Below are positions 54,050 through 63,756 of a DNA stretch of 64,000 nucleotides, one piece after another. The translations under genes were made by a program, and so were the position numbers. Numbering within the stretch: the stretch's first letter is position 1; every line of letters starts with the position of its first letter. Source of the stretch: Candidatus Limnocylindrales bacterium (lineage in GTDB: Bacteria; Chloroflexota; Limnocylindria; Limnocylindrales; CSP1-4); assembly GCA_036504355.1 (NCBI GenBank), contig DASXVG010000134.1, positions 7,517 to 71,516 of the forward strand, in the 5' to 3' direction. The notes under the pieces were generated by a model. It searched no databases, was not told the DNA's origin, and was given only the letters and a program-made list of their open reading frames with translations.

Positions 54050-55270
54050 ATGACCGACGAGCGGACGCCCCCGTCCGATGGGCGTCGGGGCATCACCCGC
54101 CGGACGCGACCCCGCCCGGGGACGCAGACGCGGCCCGTGAGCGCCGGCGTCCGCGCTCCCAACGATCCTGCCGCCGCGGACGACACCCCCGGCGAGCGGG
54201 AGCTTCGGCCGTGGGAGGTCGAGGCCGGAGACCGGCCCGAGGCGGCCGGCGACCAGCGCGAGAGGCCGCGCACCAAGCGCCGGGTCACCGTGAGCGAGCT
54301 GCTCGCGGACGCCCCCGAGGATGCGGTCATCGTCGCCCGACGGCTGACCAAGCTGTACGGCGAGTTCCCCGCGGTCAGCAACCTCGACCTCACGATCCGG
54401 GCCGGTGAGGTGTTCGGCCTGCTGGGGCCGAACGGCGCCGGCAAGACGACGACCGTCCTGATGCTGCTCGGCCTGACCGAGCCGACTCGAGGGGTCGTGC
54501 GGGTGCTGGGGATGGACCCCACGCGCGAGCCGCTGGCCGTGAAGCGGCACGTCGGCTATCTCCCCGACAACGTCGGGTTCTACGGCGGCATGACCGGCCG
54601 CGAGAACCTCCGCTACACGGCCAGGCTCAACGGGCTCGGCCGCACCGACGCCGAGGCGCGGATCGAGGAGCTGCTCGCCGAGGTCCGCCTCCTCGACGCC
54701 GCCGACAAGAAGGCCGAGACGTACTCGCGCGGCATGCGCCAGCGCCTCGGGATCGCGGACGCGCTGGTCAAGAACCCGTCCGTGCTCATCCTCGACGAGC
54801 CCACGATCGCGATCGACCCGGCCGGCGTCGAGGAGCTCCTCGCGCTGCTCAGGCGGCTCGTCGCCGAGCGCAACCTGACGGTGCTCCTGTCATCGCACAT
54901 CCTGGGCCAGGTGCAGGGGGTCTGCGACCGGGTCGGGTTCTTCTCGGCGGGTCGCCTGGTCGCCGCTGGGCCGCTCGAGGAGCTGGCCCGCGGCACCGAC
55001 CGCACGATCCAGCTCGAGGTCGGCGTGGATGGCGATCCATCGGCGATCGACCCCGTCGCCCGGGCGCTGCCGGGCGTTCGCTCCGTCGAGCCCGCGCCGG
55101 AGAACGATCGCTACCGCGTGGTCACGTCCACGGACGACGTCGCCGGACCGCTCGCCACGGCGCTGGCCGCCGCCGGCCTTCCGCTCGTGCACCTGCGTCG
55201 GCGCGGCGCCGACCTGCTGGAGCTCTATCGCCGCTTCGTCCCGGAGGGCACCGATGGCCGCGCCCGCTGA
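54050..55270 (+). CDS. ABC transporter ATP-binding protein with about 90-aa basic/Pro-rich N-terminal extension
   Basis: Walker A GPNGAGKTT, signature YSRGMRQR and Walker B LILDEP. ATG 54050 lies 6 nt after the NEW3 stop. Confidence 0.85.
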   Translation: MTDERTPPSDGRRGITRRTRPRPGTQTRPVSAGVRAPNDPAAADDTPGERELRPWEVEAGDRPEAAGDQRERPRTKRRVTVSELLADAPEDAVIVARRLTKLYGEFPAVSNLDLTIRAGEVFGLLGPNGAGKTTTVLMLLGLTEPTRGVVRVLGMDPTREPLAVKRHVGYLPDNVGFYGGMTGRENLRYTARLNGLGRTDAEARIEELLAEVRLLDAADKKAETYSRGMRQRLGIADALVKNPSVLILDEPTIAIDPAGVEELLALLRRLVAERNLTVLLSSHILGQVQGVCDRVGFFSAGRLVAAGPLEELARGTDRTIQLEVGVDGDPSAIDPVARALPGVRSVEPAPENDRYRVVTSTDDVAGPLATALAAAGLPLVHLRRRGADLLELYRRFVPEGTDGRAR

Positions 55271-56285
55271 CACCACGCGCGCCGACGCCCGCCGCGCGGC
55301 CCGCCGCGCCGAGAAGGCGCCATCCGGCGGCTGGCGGACCATCGCCGGCAAGGAGCTCGCCGACCACCTGGAGAGCATCCGGTTCATCGTGCTGCTGCTC
55401 GTCGTGGGGATCGCGGCGGTCGTCCCGATGTACTTCATCTCGACCGACATCTCCGCCGCGGCGCCGCAGGTCGCGGGCCAGCCGGCGCTGTTCCTGGTCC
55501 TGTTCATCGGTGGCTCGGACCAGGTGGGTGGCGTCCCGATGATCGCGCTGGCGGCGCTCCTCGTTCCGCTGATCGGGATCGCGTTCGGGTTCGACGGCAT
55601 CAACTCGGAGCGGGCGCAGGGAACCCTGTCACGGCTGCTCGCCCAGCCCATCCACCGCGACGACATCGTCAACGGCAAGTTCGTCGCGGGGATCGCGGTC
55701 ATCTCGCTCATGCTGGGCGCGCTCGTGATCCTCGTCACGGCGCTGGGGATCGTGCGGCTCGGGATCATCCCCGCGCCCGAGGAGCTCGCCCGGGTCTTCG
55801 TGTGGCTCCTGGCAACCGTCCTCTACGCCTCGTTCTGGCTCGCGTTCGCCCTGCTGCTCTCGGTGGTCATCCGCGGCCCCGCCAGCGCCGCCCTCGTCGG
55901 CTTCGGCAGCTGGTTCGGGCTCATCCTGTTCGGCCAGTTCCTGCTGCCGCTCGTCGCGAACTTCCTGTTTCCCCCGACCACCACCACGCTCGGGCCCTAC
56001 GCCTACGCCTCGACCCAGTCCGCCGCGCTGTTCCTGCGGATCTCGCCCGCGGTGCTGTACGACGACATCGTGCGGGCCGTGATGAACCCGTCAACCACGT
56101 CCGTCCTGGGCTTCGGCAACATCGGCCAGGCGATCTCCAACGCCGAGCGGGTGCAGACGTCGCTCCTGACGCTCGACCAGAGCATCCTCCTCGTATGGCC
56201 GCAGATCGTCGTGCTCATCGCCCTGACCACCGCGATGTTCGCGCTCGCCTACGTGCTATTCCTGCGCCAGGAGGTCCGCGCCTGA
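55254..56285 (+). CDS. ABC-2 type transporter permease
   Basis: Trimmed to MAAPADTTRADARR.... Six or more TM helices. Overlaps the ATPase gene by 17 nt. Confidence 0.75.
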   Translation: MAAPADTTRADARRAARRAEKAPSGGWRTIAGKELADHLESIRFIVLLLVVGIAAVVPMYFISTDISAAAPQVAGQPALFLVLFIGGSDQVGGVPMIALAALLVPLIGIAFGFDGINSERAQGTLSRLLAQPIHRDDIVNGKFVAGIAVISLMLGALVILVTALGIVRLGIIPAPEELARVFVWLLATVLYASFWLAFALLLSVVIRGPASAALVGFGSWFGLILFGQFLLPLVANFLFPPTTTTLGPYAYASTQSAALFLRISPAVLYDDIVRAVMNPSTTSVLGFGNIGQAISNAERVQTSLLTLDQSILLVWPQIVVLIALTTAMFALAYVLFLRQEVRA

Positions 56286-56409
56286 GCATCGGCGGGGGTC
56301 GTCGCGGGCGGCCGCCGCGCCCCCGTCACGCGGGCGTCACGCACGCGGCCCAGACTCCGCGCATGACGCGCACCGATCCGAAACGCCTCCAGGCGCGAAC
56401 CAGCGGAAC

Positions 56410-57999
56410 ATGAGCACCACGACCGCCGACGCCACGCCCATCGCCGCACCGACGGGGCCGCGGGTCGCGCCGCGGACGCTCGGCGCCGTGGCGGGGATCG
56501 TGGCCGGGGGCTCAGCGCTCGCGATTGGCGAGCTGTTCGCCGCGTTCGTCACCGGCGCGCCGTCGCCGGTCGCCGCCGTGGGGGCGGCGCTCATCGACTT
56601 CGCCCCGCCGGGTTCCAAGGACATCATCGTCGGGCTGTTCGGCACCAACGACAAGCCGGCCCTGCTCCTGCTCGTCACGCTCGCCGTGCTCGCGGTGGCA
56701 GCCGCGCTCGGCATGGTCGGCCGCACCCGGCCGGCCGTGGCGATGGCCGGCATCGTCGTGCTCGTCGGCATCGGGTTGCTCGCGTCGATCCGCCTCGCCG
56801 AGGCGCAGCTCACGACGGCGCTCCTGTCCGCGGCCCTCCAGGCCATCGTCGGGATCCAGGTCCTGTCGGTGCTGCTCGCCGCCGCGCCGTCCACGGGAGC
56901 TCCCGGCACCGGCAGCGCCTCCCCGAACACGCGGCGCGGGTTCCTCCTCCGCGCGGGCGGCCTCGGGGCGCTCGCCGTCGTCGGCGGGGGTCTGGGCCGG
57001 ACGATGCTCGAGGGTCGTGCGACACAGGTCGCGACCGCCGGCGCCGAGATCCCGCAGCCCGTGGCGCCCGTTCCGACACCCGCGCCCGACAGCTCGTTCG
57101 ATATCGCGGGCCTGACGCCGCTCGTCGTCCCCAACGCCGAGTTCTACCGCATCGATACGGCGCTGGTGACCCCGAGCGTTGATGTCTCCACCTGGACCCT
57201 GCGCGTCCACGGCATGGTTCGCAACGAGGTCACGCTCACGTTCGCGCAGCTGCTCGAGCTGCCGCTCCACGAGCAGTACATCACCATCGCCTGCGTCAGC
57301 AACGAGGTCGGCGGGCAGCTCGTGGGGAACGCCAAGTGGACGGGAGTCCGGCTGACGGACGTCCTCGACATGGCCGAGGTCCTGCCCGGCGCCACCCAGA
57401 TCGTCCCCCGGTCGATCGACGACTGGGCCGCGGGCTTCCCCACCGAGTGGGTCACCGCACCCGAGCGGCCGCGGGACGCGCTGATCGCCGTCAAGATGAA
57501 CGACGAGCCGCTCCCCGCCGCACACGGCTTCCCCGCCCGGCTCATCGTCCCCGGCCTGTACGGGTATGTCTCCGCCACGAAGTGGCTCAGCGAGCTCGAG
57601 CTCACGACCCTCGAGGCATTCGACGCCTACTGGGTCCCGCGTGGCTGGGCCAAGGAGGCGCCCATCCTCACCCAGTCCCGGATCGACGTCCCCAACCGGA
57701 ACGCCCGCGTGGCGGCGGGCCCGGTCGCCGTCGCCGGGGTCGCGTGGGCCCCCGACCGCGGCGTCAGCCGGGTCGAGGTGCAGGTGGATGACGGCGACTG
57801 GCAGGACGCGACGATCGCCACCCCGCTCGGGCCGCAGACGTGGGTCCAGTGGAAGCTCGCGTGGCAGGCGACCGCGGGCAACCACACGCTCACCGTCCGC
57901 GCGACGGACGGCCTGGGCGAGGTCCAGACCGACACGGTGACGCGGCCCGACCCGGACGGCGCGCGCGGCTACCACCGGATCGCGGTCTCGGTCGCCTGA
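56410..57999 (+). CDS. molybdopterin-dependent (sulfite-oxidase-fold) oxidoreductase with N-terminal multi-TM domain
   Basis: Five or six TM helices, a TAT-like RRGFLLRAGG, and a Moco Cys region ITIACVSNEVGG. C-terminal dimerisation/Ig-like domain. Confidence 0.8.
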   Translation: MSTTTADATPIAAPTGPRVAPRTLGAVAGIVAGGSALAIGELFAAFVTGAPSPVAAVGAALIDFAPPGSKDIIVGLFGTNDKPALLLLVTLAVLAVAAALGMVGRTRPAVAMAGIVVLVGIGLLASIRLAEAQLTTALLSAALQAIVGIQVLSVLLAAAPSTGAPGTGSASPNTRRGFLLRAGGLGALAVVGGGLGRTMLEGRATQVATAGAEIPQPVAPVPTPAPDSSFDIAGLTPLVVPNAEFYRIDTALVTPSVDVSTWTLRVHGMVRNEVTLTFAQLLELPLHEQYITIACVSNEVGGQLVGNAKWTGVRLTDVLDMAEVLPGATQIVPRSIDDWAAGFPTEWVTAPERPRDALIAVKMNDEPLPAAHGFPARLIVPGLYGYVSATKWLSELELTTLEAFDAYWVPRGWAKEAPILTQSRIDVPNRNARVAAGPVAVAGVAWAPDRGVSRVEVQVDDGDWQDATIATPLGPQTWVQWKLAWQATAGNHTLTVRATDGLGEVQTDTVTRPDPDGARGYHRIAVSVA

Positions 58000-58055
58000 C
58001 CGGTGCAGGCGCACCGGCGTGGCCTGACGCGGGCATCCGGTACGCTCTCTCCCCG

Positions 58056-58631
58056 ATGACACGACGCCGCTTCCTGTTCGACACCCCTGACCGATTCGTC
58101 GCCGGCACCGTCGGCGAGCCCGGCAACCGCACCTTCTTCCTCCAGGCCCGGGACGGGTCACGGATCACCTCCGTCGCCCTGGAGAAGGTCCAGGTCGCCG
58201 CGCTCGCGCAGCGCCTCACCGAGCTCCTCGATGAGCTGGAGCGGCGCGACATCTCGGGTGCCGACGCCGACCAGCCGCTGGACAACGCCATTCCCGTCCT
58301 CGACGAGCCGATCAACGAGGCGTTCCGGGTGGGCACGCTCTCCATGGGCTGGGACACGCAGGATGATCTCGTGCTCCTGGAGGCGAGCGAGCTCGTGGCC
58401 GCCGAGGAGGACGAGGAGGAGGACCCGCCCGAGGCGTTCGACGACGAGGACGAGGACGGTCCGGACTTCCTGCGGGTGCGCCTGACGACGCTCGCGGCGC
58501 GCACGTTCGTGGCGCAGGCGCTGCGCCTCCTCTCGGCGGGCCGGCCGCCGTGCCCGCTGTGCGGGCAGCCACTCGACCCGCAGGGCCATCTCTGCCCGCG
58601 CCGCAACGGCACGGCTCCGCTGCTCAACTAG
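58056..58631 (+). CDS. DUF3090 (TIGR03847) family protein
   Basis: Contains FVAGTVGEPGNRTFFLQA, an acidic linker, and C-terminal CPLCGQPLDPQGHLCPRRNG. Confidence 0.8.
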   Translation: MTRRRFLFDTPDRFVAGTVGEPGNRTFFLQARDGSRITSVALEKVQVAALAQRLTELLDELERRDISGADADQPLDNAIPVLDEPINEAFRVGTLSMGWDTQDDLVLLEASELVAAEEDEEEDPPEAFDDEDEDGPDFLRVRLTTLAARTFVAQALRLLSAGRPPCPLCGQPLDPQGHLCPRRNGTAPLLN

Positions 58632-58638
58632 CCGTCCG

Positions 58639-59478
58639 ATGGACAACGCGCGCGGGCCCGACGCGGCCCCGGACCCGGACGGTGTCGCGGACGAGGACGA
58701 GGACGAGGGGTCCGAGTCGATCGACGCGCTCGATCTGCCGATGCCCGTCCTCGCAGTGGACACGGCGCTCGACCTGCTGGCGCACGGCGAGCTCGCCATC
58801 GTGGGCCGCCTGTGGGCGTCGTCCAACAACGCGCTCCTGTGCCTCGTGACGAAGCGTTGCCCGGATCCCGAGCCCGACCTCGTCGCGGCGTGCATCTACA
58901 AGCCCGTGATGGGGGAGCGGCCGCTCGATGACTTCCCCGACGAGACGCTCGCGCGGCGCGAGGTCGCGGCGTTCCACGCATCGGAGGCCACGGGCTGGGG
59001 CATCGTCCCGCCGACGGTGCTCCGCGACGGCCCGTTCGGCGAGGGCATGGTCCAGCTCTGGATCCGAACCGACCCATCGGTCGATCCGGTGGCGCTCGTC
59101 GTCGACAGCGACGAGCGGCTCCGCCGCATCGCGGTATTCGACGCCGCGGTCAACAACACGGACCGCAAGGCGGGTCACCTGCTCCCCGTCCCGGGCGGCC
59201 ACATCTACGGCGTCGACCACGGCGTGACGTTCTCCCCGGTCCCCAAGCTGCGAACCGTCCTCTGGTCGTGGCGGGGCGAGCCGCTCAGCGCGGAGGAGAC
59301 GGACGTGCTGCGCGGGCTGCGTGCGGGGCTCGACGGCGCCCTTGGGGCGACCCTGCGCGAGCTGCTCGACCCGATCGAGGTGCGGGCAACCGCCCGCCGG
59401 ATCGACGCACTGCTCCAGGCCGGCGTCCTCCCCCAGCCCGACCCGCGTCGGCCGGCGCTCCCCTGGCCGCCCGTCTGA
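58639..59478 (+). CDS. SCO1664 (TIGR03843) family, PI3/4-kinase-like protein
   Basis: Contains NNALLCLV...IYKPVMGERPL and FDAAVNNTDRKAGHLL...GVDHG. Confidence 0.8.
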   Translation: MDNARGPDAAPDPDGVADEDEDEGSESIDALDLPMPVLAVDTALDLLAHGELAIVGRLWASSNNALLCLVTKRCPDPEPDLVAACIYKPVMGERPLDDFPDETLARREVAAFHASEATGWGIVPPTVLRDGPFGEGMVQLWIRTDPSVDPVALVVDSDERLRRIAVFDAAVNNTDRKAGHLLPVPGGHIYGVDHGVTFSPVPKLRTVLWSWRGEPLSAEETDVLRGLRAGLDGALGATLRELLDPIEVRATARRIDALLQAGVLPQPDPRRPALPWPPV

Positions 59479-59565
59479 CGACGCCGACCGCGGTCCGGAC
59501 GGCGACCGCGGGCTCGGCAAACGGGAACGCCGAGCGGGCGGAACGGCCGCATTCGCGACCGGCGG

Positions 59566-61185
59566 ATGGGGCACGATGACGGCATGCGGCGATGGAACGG
59601 CTGGGGCTTCGAGGGCGTCGACGCCCACCTCGGCGCGGGCGGCCGGTCGTTCCTCGAGACGGTCGTCGGCAAGGCCGTCCCGACGCCGGCTGCCACGCTC
59701 GCCGGCGTCATCGGGTCGGTCCCGCCCTCGCGCCTCGAGCCCTCGCCACACCTGGACCTGGATCCCGAGGCCCGCGTGCGCCACGCCCGCGGGCAGTCGC
59801 TGCCGGACCTCCTCGACCTCCGGTTCGGACGTCTCGCCACGGTTCCCGACGCCGTGGCCACGCCCACGGACCGGGCCGCCGTCCGCGCGCTCCTCGATCA
59901 TGCGCGGGACGTGGACGCGCGGCTCATCCCGTACGGCGGCGGCACGAGCGTCGTCGGCGGCGTGACCGCCCGCCCCTCGCCCGATCCCCTGGTCACCGTC
60001 GACTGCGCCCGGCTCGCGGGGGTGAGCGCCCTCGACGAGCGGAGCGGCCTCGTCACCGCCGGGGCAGGGACGACCGGGCCTGCGCTTGCCAGCGCGCTCG
60101 CGACGCGGCACCTCACCGTGGGGCACGAGCCGCAATCGTGGGAGCTCGCGACGGTCGGCGGCTGGGTCGCGGCGCGCGGATCAGGCCTGCGGAGCCTCGG
60201 GCTCGGGCGCATCGAGCACGTCTTCGCCGGTGGGGTCCTCGAGGCACCGGCCGGGACGCTCGAGATGCCGCCCTACCCGGCGTCCGCCGCCGGCCCGGAC
60301 CTGCGCCAGCTCGTCCTCGGCTCGGAAGGGCGGCTCGGGTTCCTGACGGACGTGGTGCTGCGCGCGGTCCCGATTCCGGCCGAGGACCGGTTCGACGCCT
60401 GGGCGATGCCCGACTGGGACGCCGCGCTGGAGGCGACGCGCGAGCTCGCACGGGCCCGCCCGGGCCTCACCTCGCTCCGCCTCTCGACGCCCGGCGAGAC
60501 GCGTGCGCTCCTCGTGTTCGCGGACCGGCCGTCCCAGGTCCGGGCCCTCACGACCTATCTCCGCGCCCGACGCAGGGGTGGCGGCTGGTGCCTCCTGCTC
60601 GTCGGCGCGTCGGGCTCGAAACGGGTCGTGAAGGCCGCCCGCGGTGAGACCGCGTCGGTGCTCGGCGCCCGCGCCGGCGTGCGGCTGCCCGTGTTCGCGG
60701 ACGCCTGGTATCGGGCGCGCTTCCGCTCGCCGTACCTGCGCAACGCGCTCCTCGCGGCTGGCTACGGGGCGGAGACGCTCGAGACGGCGACCGACTGGGC
60801 GCACGTCCCCGGGCTCCTCGCCCGCGTCGAGGCGGCCATCTCGACGGCCCTTGCCCCGCGTGGCGAGCGGGTCCACGTGTTCACACACCTTTCGCACGTC
60901 TACCCGTCCGGGTCGAGCCTGTACCTCACCTACCTGTTCCGCCTCGGCGCCGACCCGGACGAGGCCCAAGACCGCGCCGCCACCATCAAGCGTGCGGCCT
61001 CGGAGATGATCTCGGGCGAGGGCGCCACGATCAGCCATCATCACGGCGTCGGGACGGACCACGCGCCATACCTCGCGCCGGAGAAGGGCCCGCTGGGCAT
61101 GGCTGCGCTCGAGGCGGTCGTCCGGACCTTCGATCCCGACGGGCGGATGAACCCGGGCGTCCTCCTCGCCGACAGGCACGGGTAG
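59566..61185 (+). CDS. FAD-linked oxidase, alkyl-DHAP-synthase-like
   Basis: Contains RRWNGWG, PYGGGTSVVGG and HHHGVG. The start could be ATG 59584 instead. Confidence 0.8.
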   Translation: MGHDDGMRRWNGWGFEGVDAHLGAGGRSFLETVVGKAVPTPAATLAGVIGSVPPSRLEPSPHLDLDPEARVRHARGQSLPDLLDLRFGRLATVPDAVATPTDRAAVRALLDHARDVDARLIPYGGGTSVVGGVTARPSPDPLVTVDCARLAGVSALDERSGLVTAGAGTTGPALASALATRHLTVGHEPQSWELATVGGWVAARGSGLRSLGLGRIEHVFAGGVLEAPAGTLEMPPYPASAAGPDLRQLVLGSEGRLGFLTDVVLRAVPIPAEDRFDAWAMPDWDAALEATRELARARPGLTSLRLSTPGETRALLVFADRPSQVRALTTYLRARRRGGGWCLLLVGASGSKRVVKAARGETASVLGARAGVRLPVFADAWYRARFRSPYLRNALLAAGYGAETLETATDWAHVPGLLARVEAAISTALAPRGERVHVFTHLSHVYPSGSSLYLTYLFRLGADPDEAQDRAATIKRAASEMISGEGATISHHHGVGTDHAPYLAPEKGPLGMAALEAVVRTFDPDGRMNPGVLLADRHG

Positions 61186-61189
61186 GCCG

Positions 61190-62752
61190 GTGGCGCCCGA
61201 CCAGGTCCTCGCACTCGATGTCGGGACGCAGAGCGTCCGGGCGATGATCTTCGACCCCGCGGGCGTCCTCGTCGCGATCGCGAAGGTCCCGATCGAGCCG
61301 TACGTGCCCGGACCGTCCGGCTGCTGCGAGCAGGACGCGGACCTGTACTGGCGGGCCATCGGCGAGGCGTCCCAGCGGCTGTGGGCGAACCCGCATGCGC
61401 GGCGCGACGCGCTTGCCGGCGTCGCGCTCACCACGCAGCGGGGAACGGTCGTCATCACGGACGAGGCTGGCGAGCCGCTCCGCCGGGCGATGGTCTGGCT
61501 CGACCGCTGTCGCGCCGAGGGGCTGCCCCGGATCGGCGGCCGATGGGGGCTCGCCTTCAGGGCGGCCGGCGTGACGGACACCGTCGCCACGTTCATGGCG
61601 GAGGCCGAGGCCAACGTCCTCGCGCGCCAGGAACCGGAGACGTGGGCGCAGGTCCGTCACTTCCTGCTGCTGTCGGGCTTCCTCACCCACCGGCTGACGG
61701 GCCGGTTCGTGGACTCGGTCGCGTCACAGGTCGGCTACCTCCCGTTCGACAACAGGGCCATGACCTGGGCGAAGCCCGGGGACTGGCGCTGGGAGGCGGT
61801 CCCGGTGCGGCGCGAGTGGCTCCCGGAGCTCATGCCGCCGGGTGGGACGCTCGGCGAGATCAGCACGGCCGCGTCCGAGGTGACGGGGATCCCGGTCGGG
61901 CTGCCGCTGATCGCGGCCGCGGGCGACAAGGCGTGCGAGGTGCTCGGATCGGGTGCGCTCGAGCCCTACGTGGGGGCGATCTCGCTCGGGACCACGGCCT
62001 CGATCAACACGACCCACCGCCGGTACGTCGAGGTCATCCCGATCGTCCCCCCGTACCCGGCCGCCGTGCCCGGCGCCTACAGCCTCGAGGTCCAGGTCTA
62101 CCGCGGCTACTGGATGATCGAGTGGTTCAAGCGCGAGTTCGGCGCCGCGGAGGTCGCTCGTGCGGCCGAGCTGGGTATCGAGACCGAGACCCTATTCGAC
62201 GAGCTCCTCCGGACGACGCCGCATGGCGCGATGGGCCTCGTGCTCCAGCCGTACTGGTCGCCCGGGGTGCGCGTCCCGGGGCCCGAGGCCAAGGGCGCCG
62301 TCATCGGCTGGGGCGACGTCCACACGCGGGCGCACCTCTACCGGGCCATCATCGAGGGACTCGCGTACGCCCTCCGCGAGGGCGCCGAGCGGACCGTCAG
62401 GCGGACCGGTGTCCAGATCAGCGAGCTGCGGGTCAGCGGCGGCGGGTCGCAGAGCCCGGGCGCGATCCAGCTCACGGCGGACATCTTCGGGCTGCCGGCA
62501 TCGCGCCCGCACACGCACGAGACGTCCGGGCTTGGCGCCGCGATCGACGCCGCCGTGGGCCTCGGGATGCATGCCTCGTTCGAGGCCGCAGTCGCCGCGA
62601 TGACCCGGATCGCCGAGACGCGCGAGCCCGACCCCGCGGCGCACGTGATGTACGAGGACCTGTACCGGAACGTCTACCTGCGCCTGTACGAGCGGCTGAA
62701 GCCCCTGTACGCGGAGATCCGCAGGATCACCGGGTACCCGCCCGAGGCGTGA
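61190..62752 (+). CDS. FGGY-family carbohydrate kinase
   Basis: Contains LALDVGTQSVRA, AAAGDKACE and RVSGGGSQS. Confidence 0.85.
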   Translation: MAPDQVLALDVGTQSVRAMIFDPAGVLVAIAKVPIEPYVPGPSGCCEQDADLYWRAIGEASQRLWANPHARRDALAGVALTTQRGTVVITDEAGEPLRRAMVWLDRCRAEGLPRIGGRWGLAFRAAGVTDTVATFMAEAEANVLARQEPETWAQVRHFLLLSGFLTHRLTGRFVDSVASQVGYLPFDNRAMTWAKPGDWRWEAVPVRREWLPELMPPGGTLGEISTAASEVTGIPVGLPLIAAAGDKACEVLGSGALEPYVGAISLGTTASINTTHRRYVEVIPIVPPYPAAVPGAYSLEVQVYRGYWMIEWFKREFGAAEVARAAELGIETETLFDELLRTTPHGAMGLVLQPYWSPGVRVPGPEAKGAVIGWGDVHTRAHLYRAIIEGLAYALREGAERTVRRTGVQISELRVSGGGSQSPGAIQLTADIFGLPASRPHTHETSGLGAAIDAAVGLGMHASFEAAVAAMTRIAETREPDPAAHVMYEDLYRNVYLRLYERLKPLYAEIRRITGYPPEA

Positions 62753-62764
62753 TCCTCCCGGTGG

Positions 62765-63577
62765 CTATGGTCGCGCGCCCAGGATCAGGCCGGTCGAGCC
62801 GTTCGTGAGGGTGAGGGTGTCGGCGTCGATCGCGTAGGTCGCCGTCCCCTGGAGGGTGGACCGGACCGCGGTCTCGAGCGCCATGATGTCGTCGCTGCAC
62901 AGGATGAGCGTCGTGGCGATGACGCCGAAGGTGATCCTCCCACCGGTCACGGCGTAGGAGCCGCTGCCGCCGTTGCAGCCCGATTCGACCGTGACGGTAC
63001 CGCCATCGAACACCAGCGATGCCGTGACGCCACCGGGGACGCTCGACACCGCGTCGCCGGACTGGATCCCGGTGACCACCCAGCGGATGCCCTCGAGCCC
63101 ACGATCCGGGTTCGCGACCTCCGTGTCCACGAGGGTGAGCGTGACGCCATCCTTGGCCAGCGTGAGGGTGTTGCCTGCGAGCGTGGCCGCGGCACCGGGC
63201 AGGAAGGCTGCGACTGCCGAGTCCTGGGCCATGAGGGGCTGATCGCACGCCATCTCCGTGGTCGCCATCATCCCCGGCTTGAGCACGCCACCGACGACCT
63301 CGTAGTCGCCGCTCATCTGGTTGCAGCCGGCGCGCACGCCGAGGCGGGTCCCATCGAACGTGAGCGTGACGGCACTCCCCTCGACGAGGCTCCCACCGGT
63401 CATCGCCGTGGACACGAATGTCCTGCCGTCGAGCGCGTTGGCCGTCGCCGGCGCCACCGCGGGTGCAGGGGGCCGGGTCGATCCGTCACCGGATGGCGGA
63501 ACCGGGCCAGCACCCGCACAGGCGGCGATGACGAGGCCGGCGCCCAGCAGGAGGCCAGACAGACGGAACGAACGCAT
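62765..63577 (-). CDS. lipoprotein with two META (HslJ-like) domains
   Basis: Frame of ORF 62765..64000, trimmed to MRSFRLSGLLLGAGLVIAAC. Duplicated motifs, AGCNQMSGDYEV and SGCNGGSGSYAV. Confidence 0.8.
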   Translation of the reverse strand: MRSFRLSGLLLGAGLVIAACAGAGPVPPSGDGSTRPPAPAVAPATANALDGRTFVSTAMTGGSLVEGSAVTLTFDGTRLGVRAGCNQMSGDYEVVGGVLKPGMMATTEMACDQPLMAQDSAVAAFLPGAAATLAGNTLTLAKDGVTLTLVDTEVANPDRGLEGIRWVVTGIQSGDAVSSVPGGVTASLVFDGGTVTVESGCNGGSGSYAVTGGRITFGVIATTLILCSDDIMALETAVRSTLQGTATYAIDADTLTLTNGSTGLILGARP

Positions 63578-63727
63578 CGGCTGATCACCGGGGAGGCATG
63601 GACGGGTCAGGGGGCGGGGTTGCCGCCTCGGCCAAGACGACATGCCTCGTCCGCGGGTTCCCTGCTCCACGATCTCCACCGCCGGCGTCGATGTCGTTAC
63701 AGCGGGGTGCCAACCCGCTGGTCCTGG

Positions 63728-63756
63728 TTGACAGAACGATCGTTCGACCGCATGAT
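63728..63756 (+). promoter_or_regulatory. consensus-like promoter with an embedded LexA/SOS-box-like palindrome
   Basis: TTGACA (63728-33), a 17-nt spacer, then CATGAT (63751-56). The spacer holds cAGAAC-GATC-GTTCGA (63732-47), to be compared with the actinobacterial SOS box TCGAAC-N4-GTTCGA. Confidence 0.4.

Noticed and set aside
56286-56409. Moco riboswitch upstream of the molybdoenzyme gene, and a 16-codon uORF (56363-56413) ending in ATGA.
   Set aside because: Only a short GCCUCC string resembles the Moco motif, and the region is too short for the full aptamer. The uORF overlap is likely a by-product of ATG-A start contexts plus TGA being the commonest stop.
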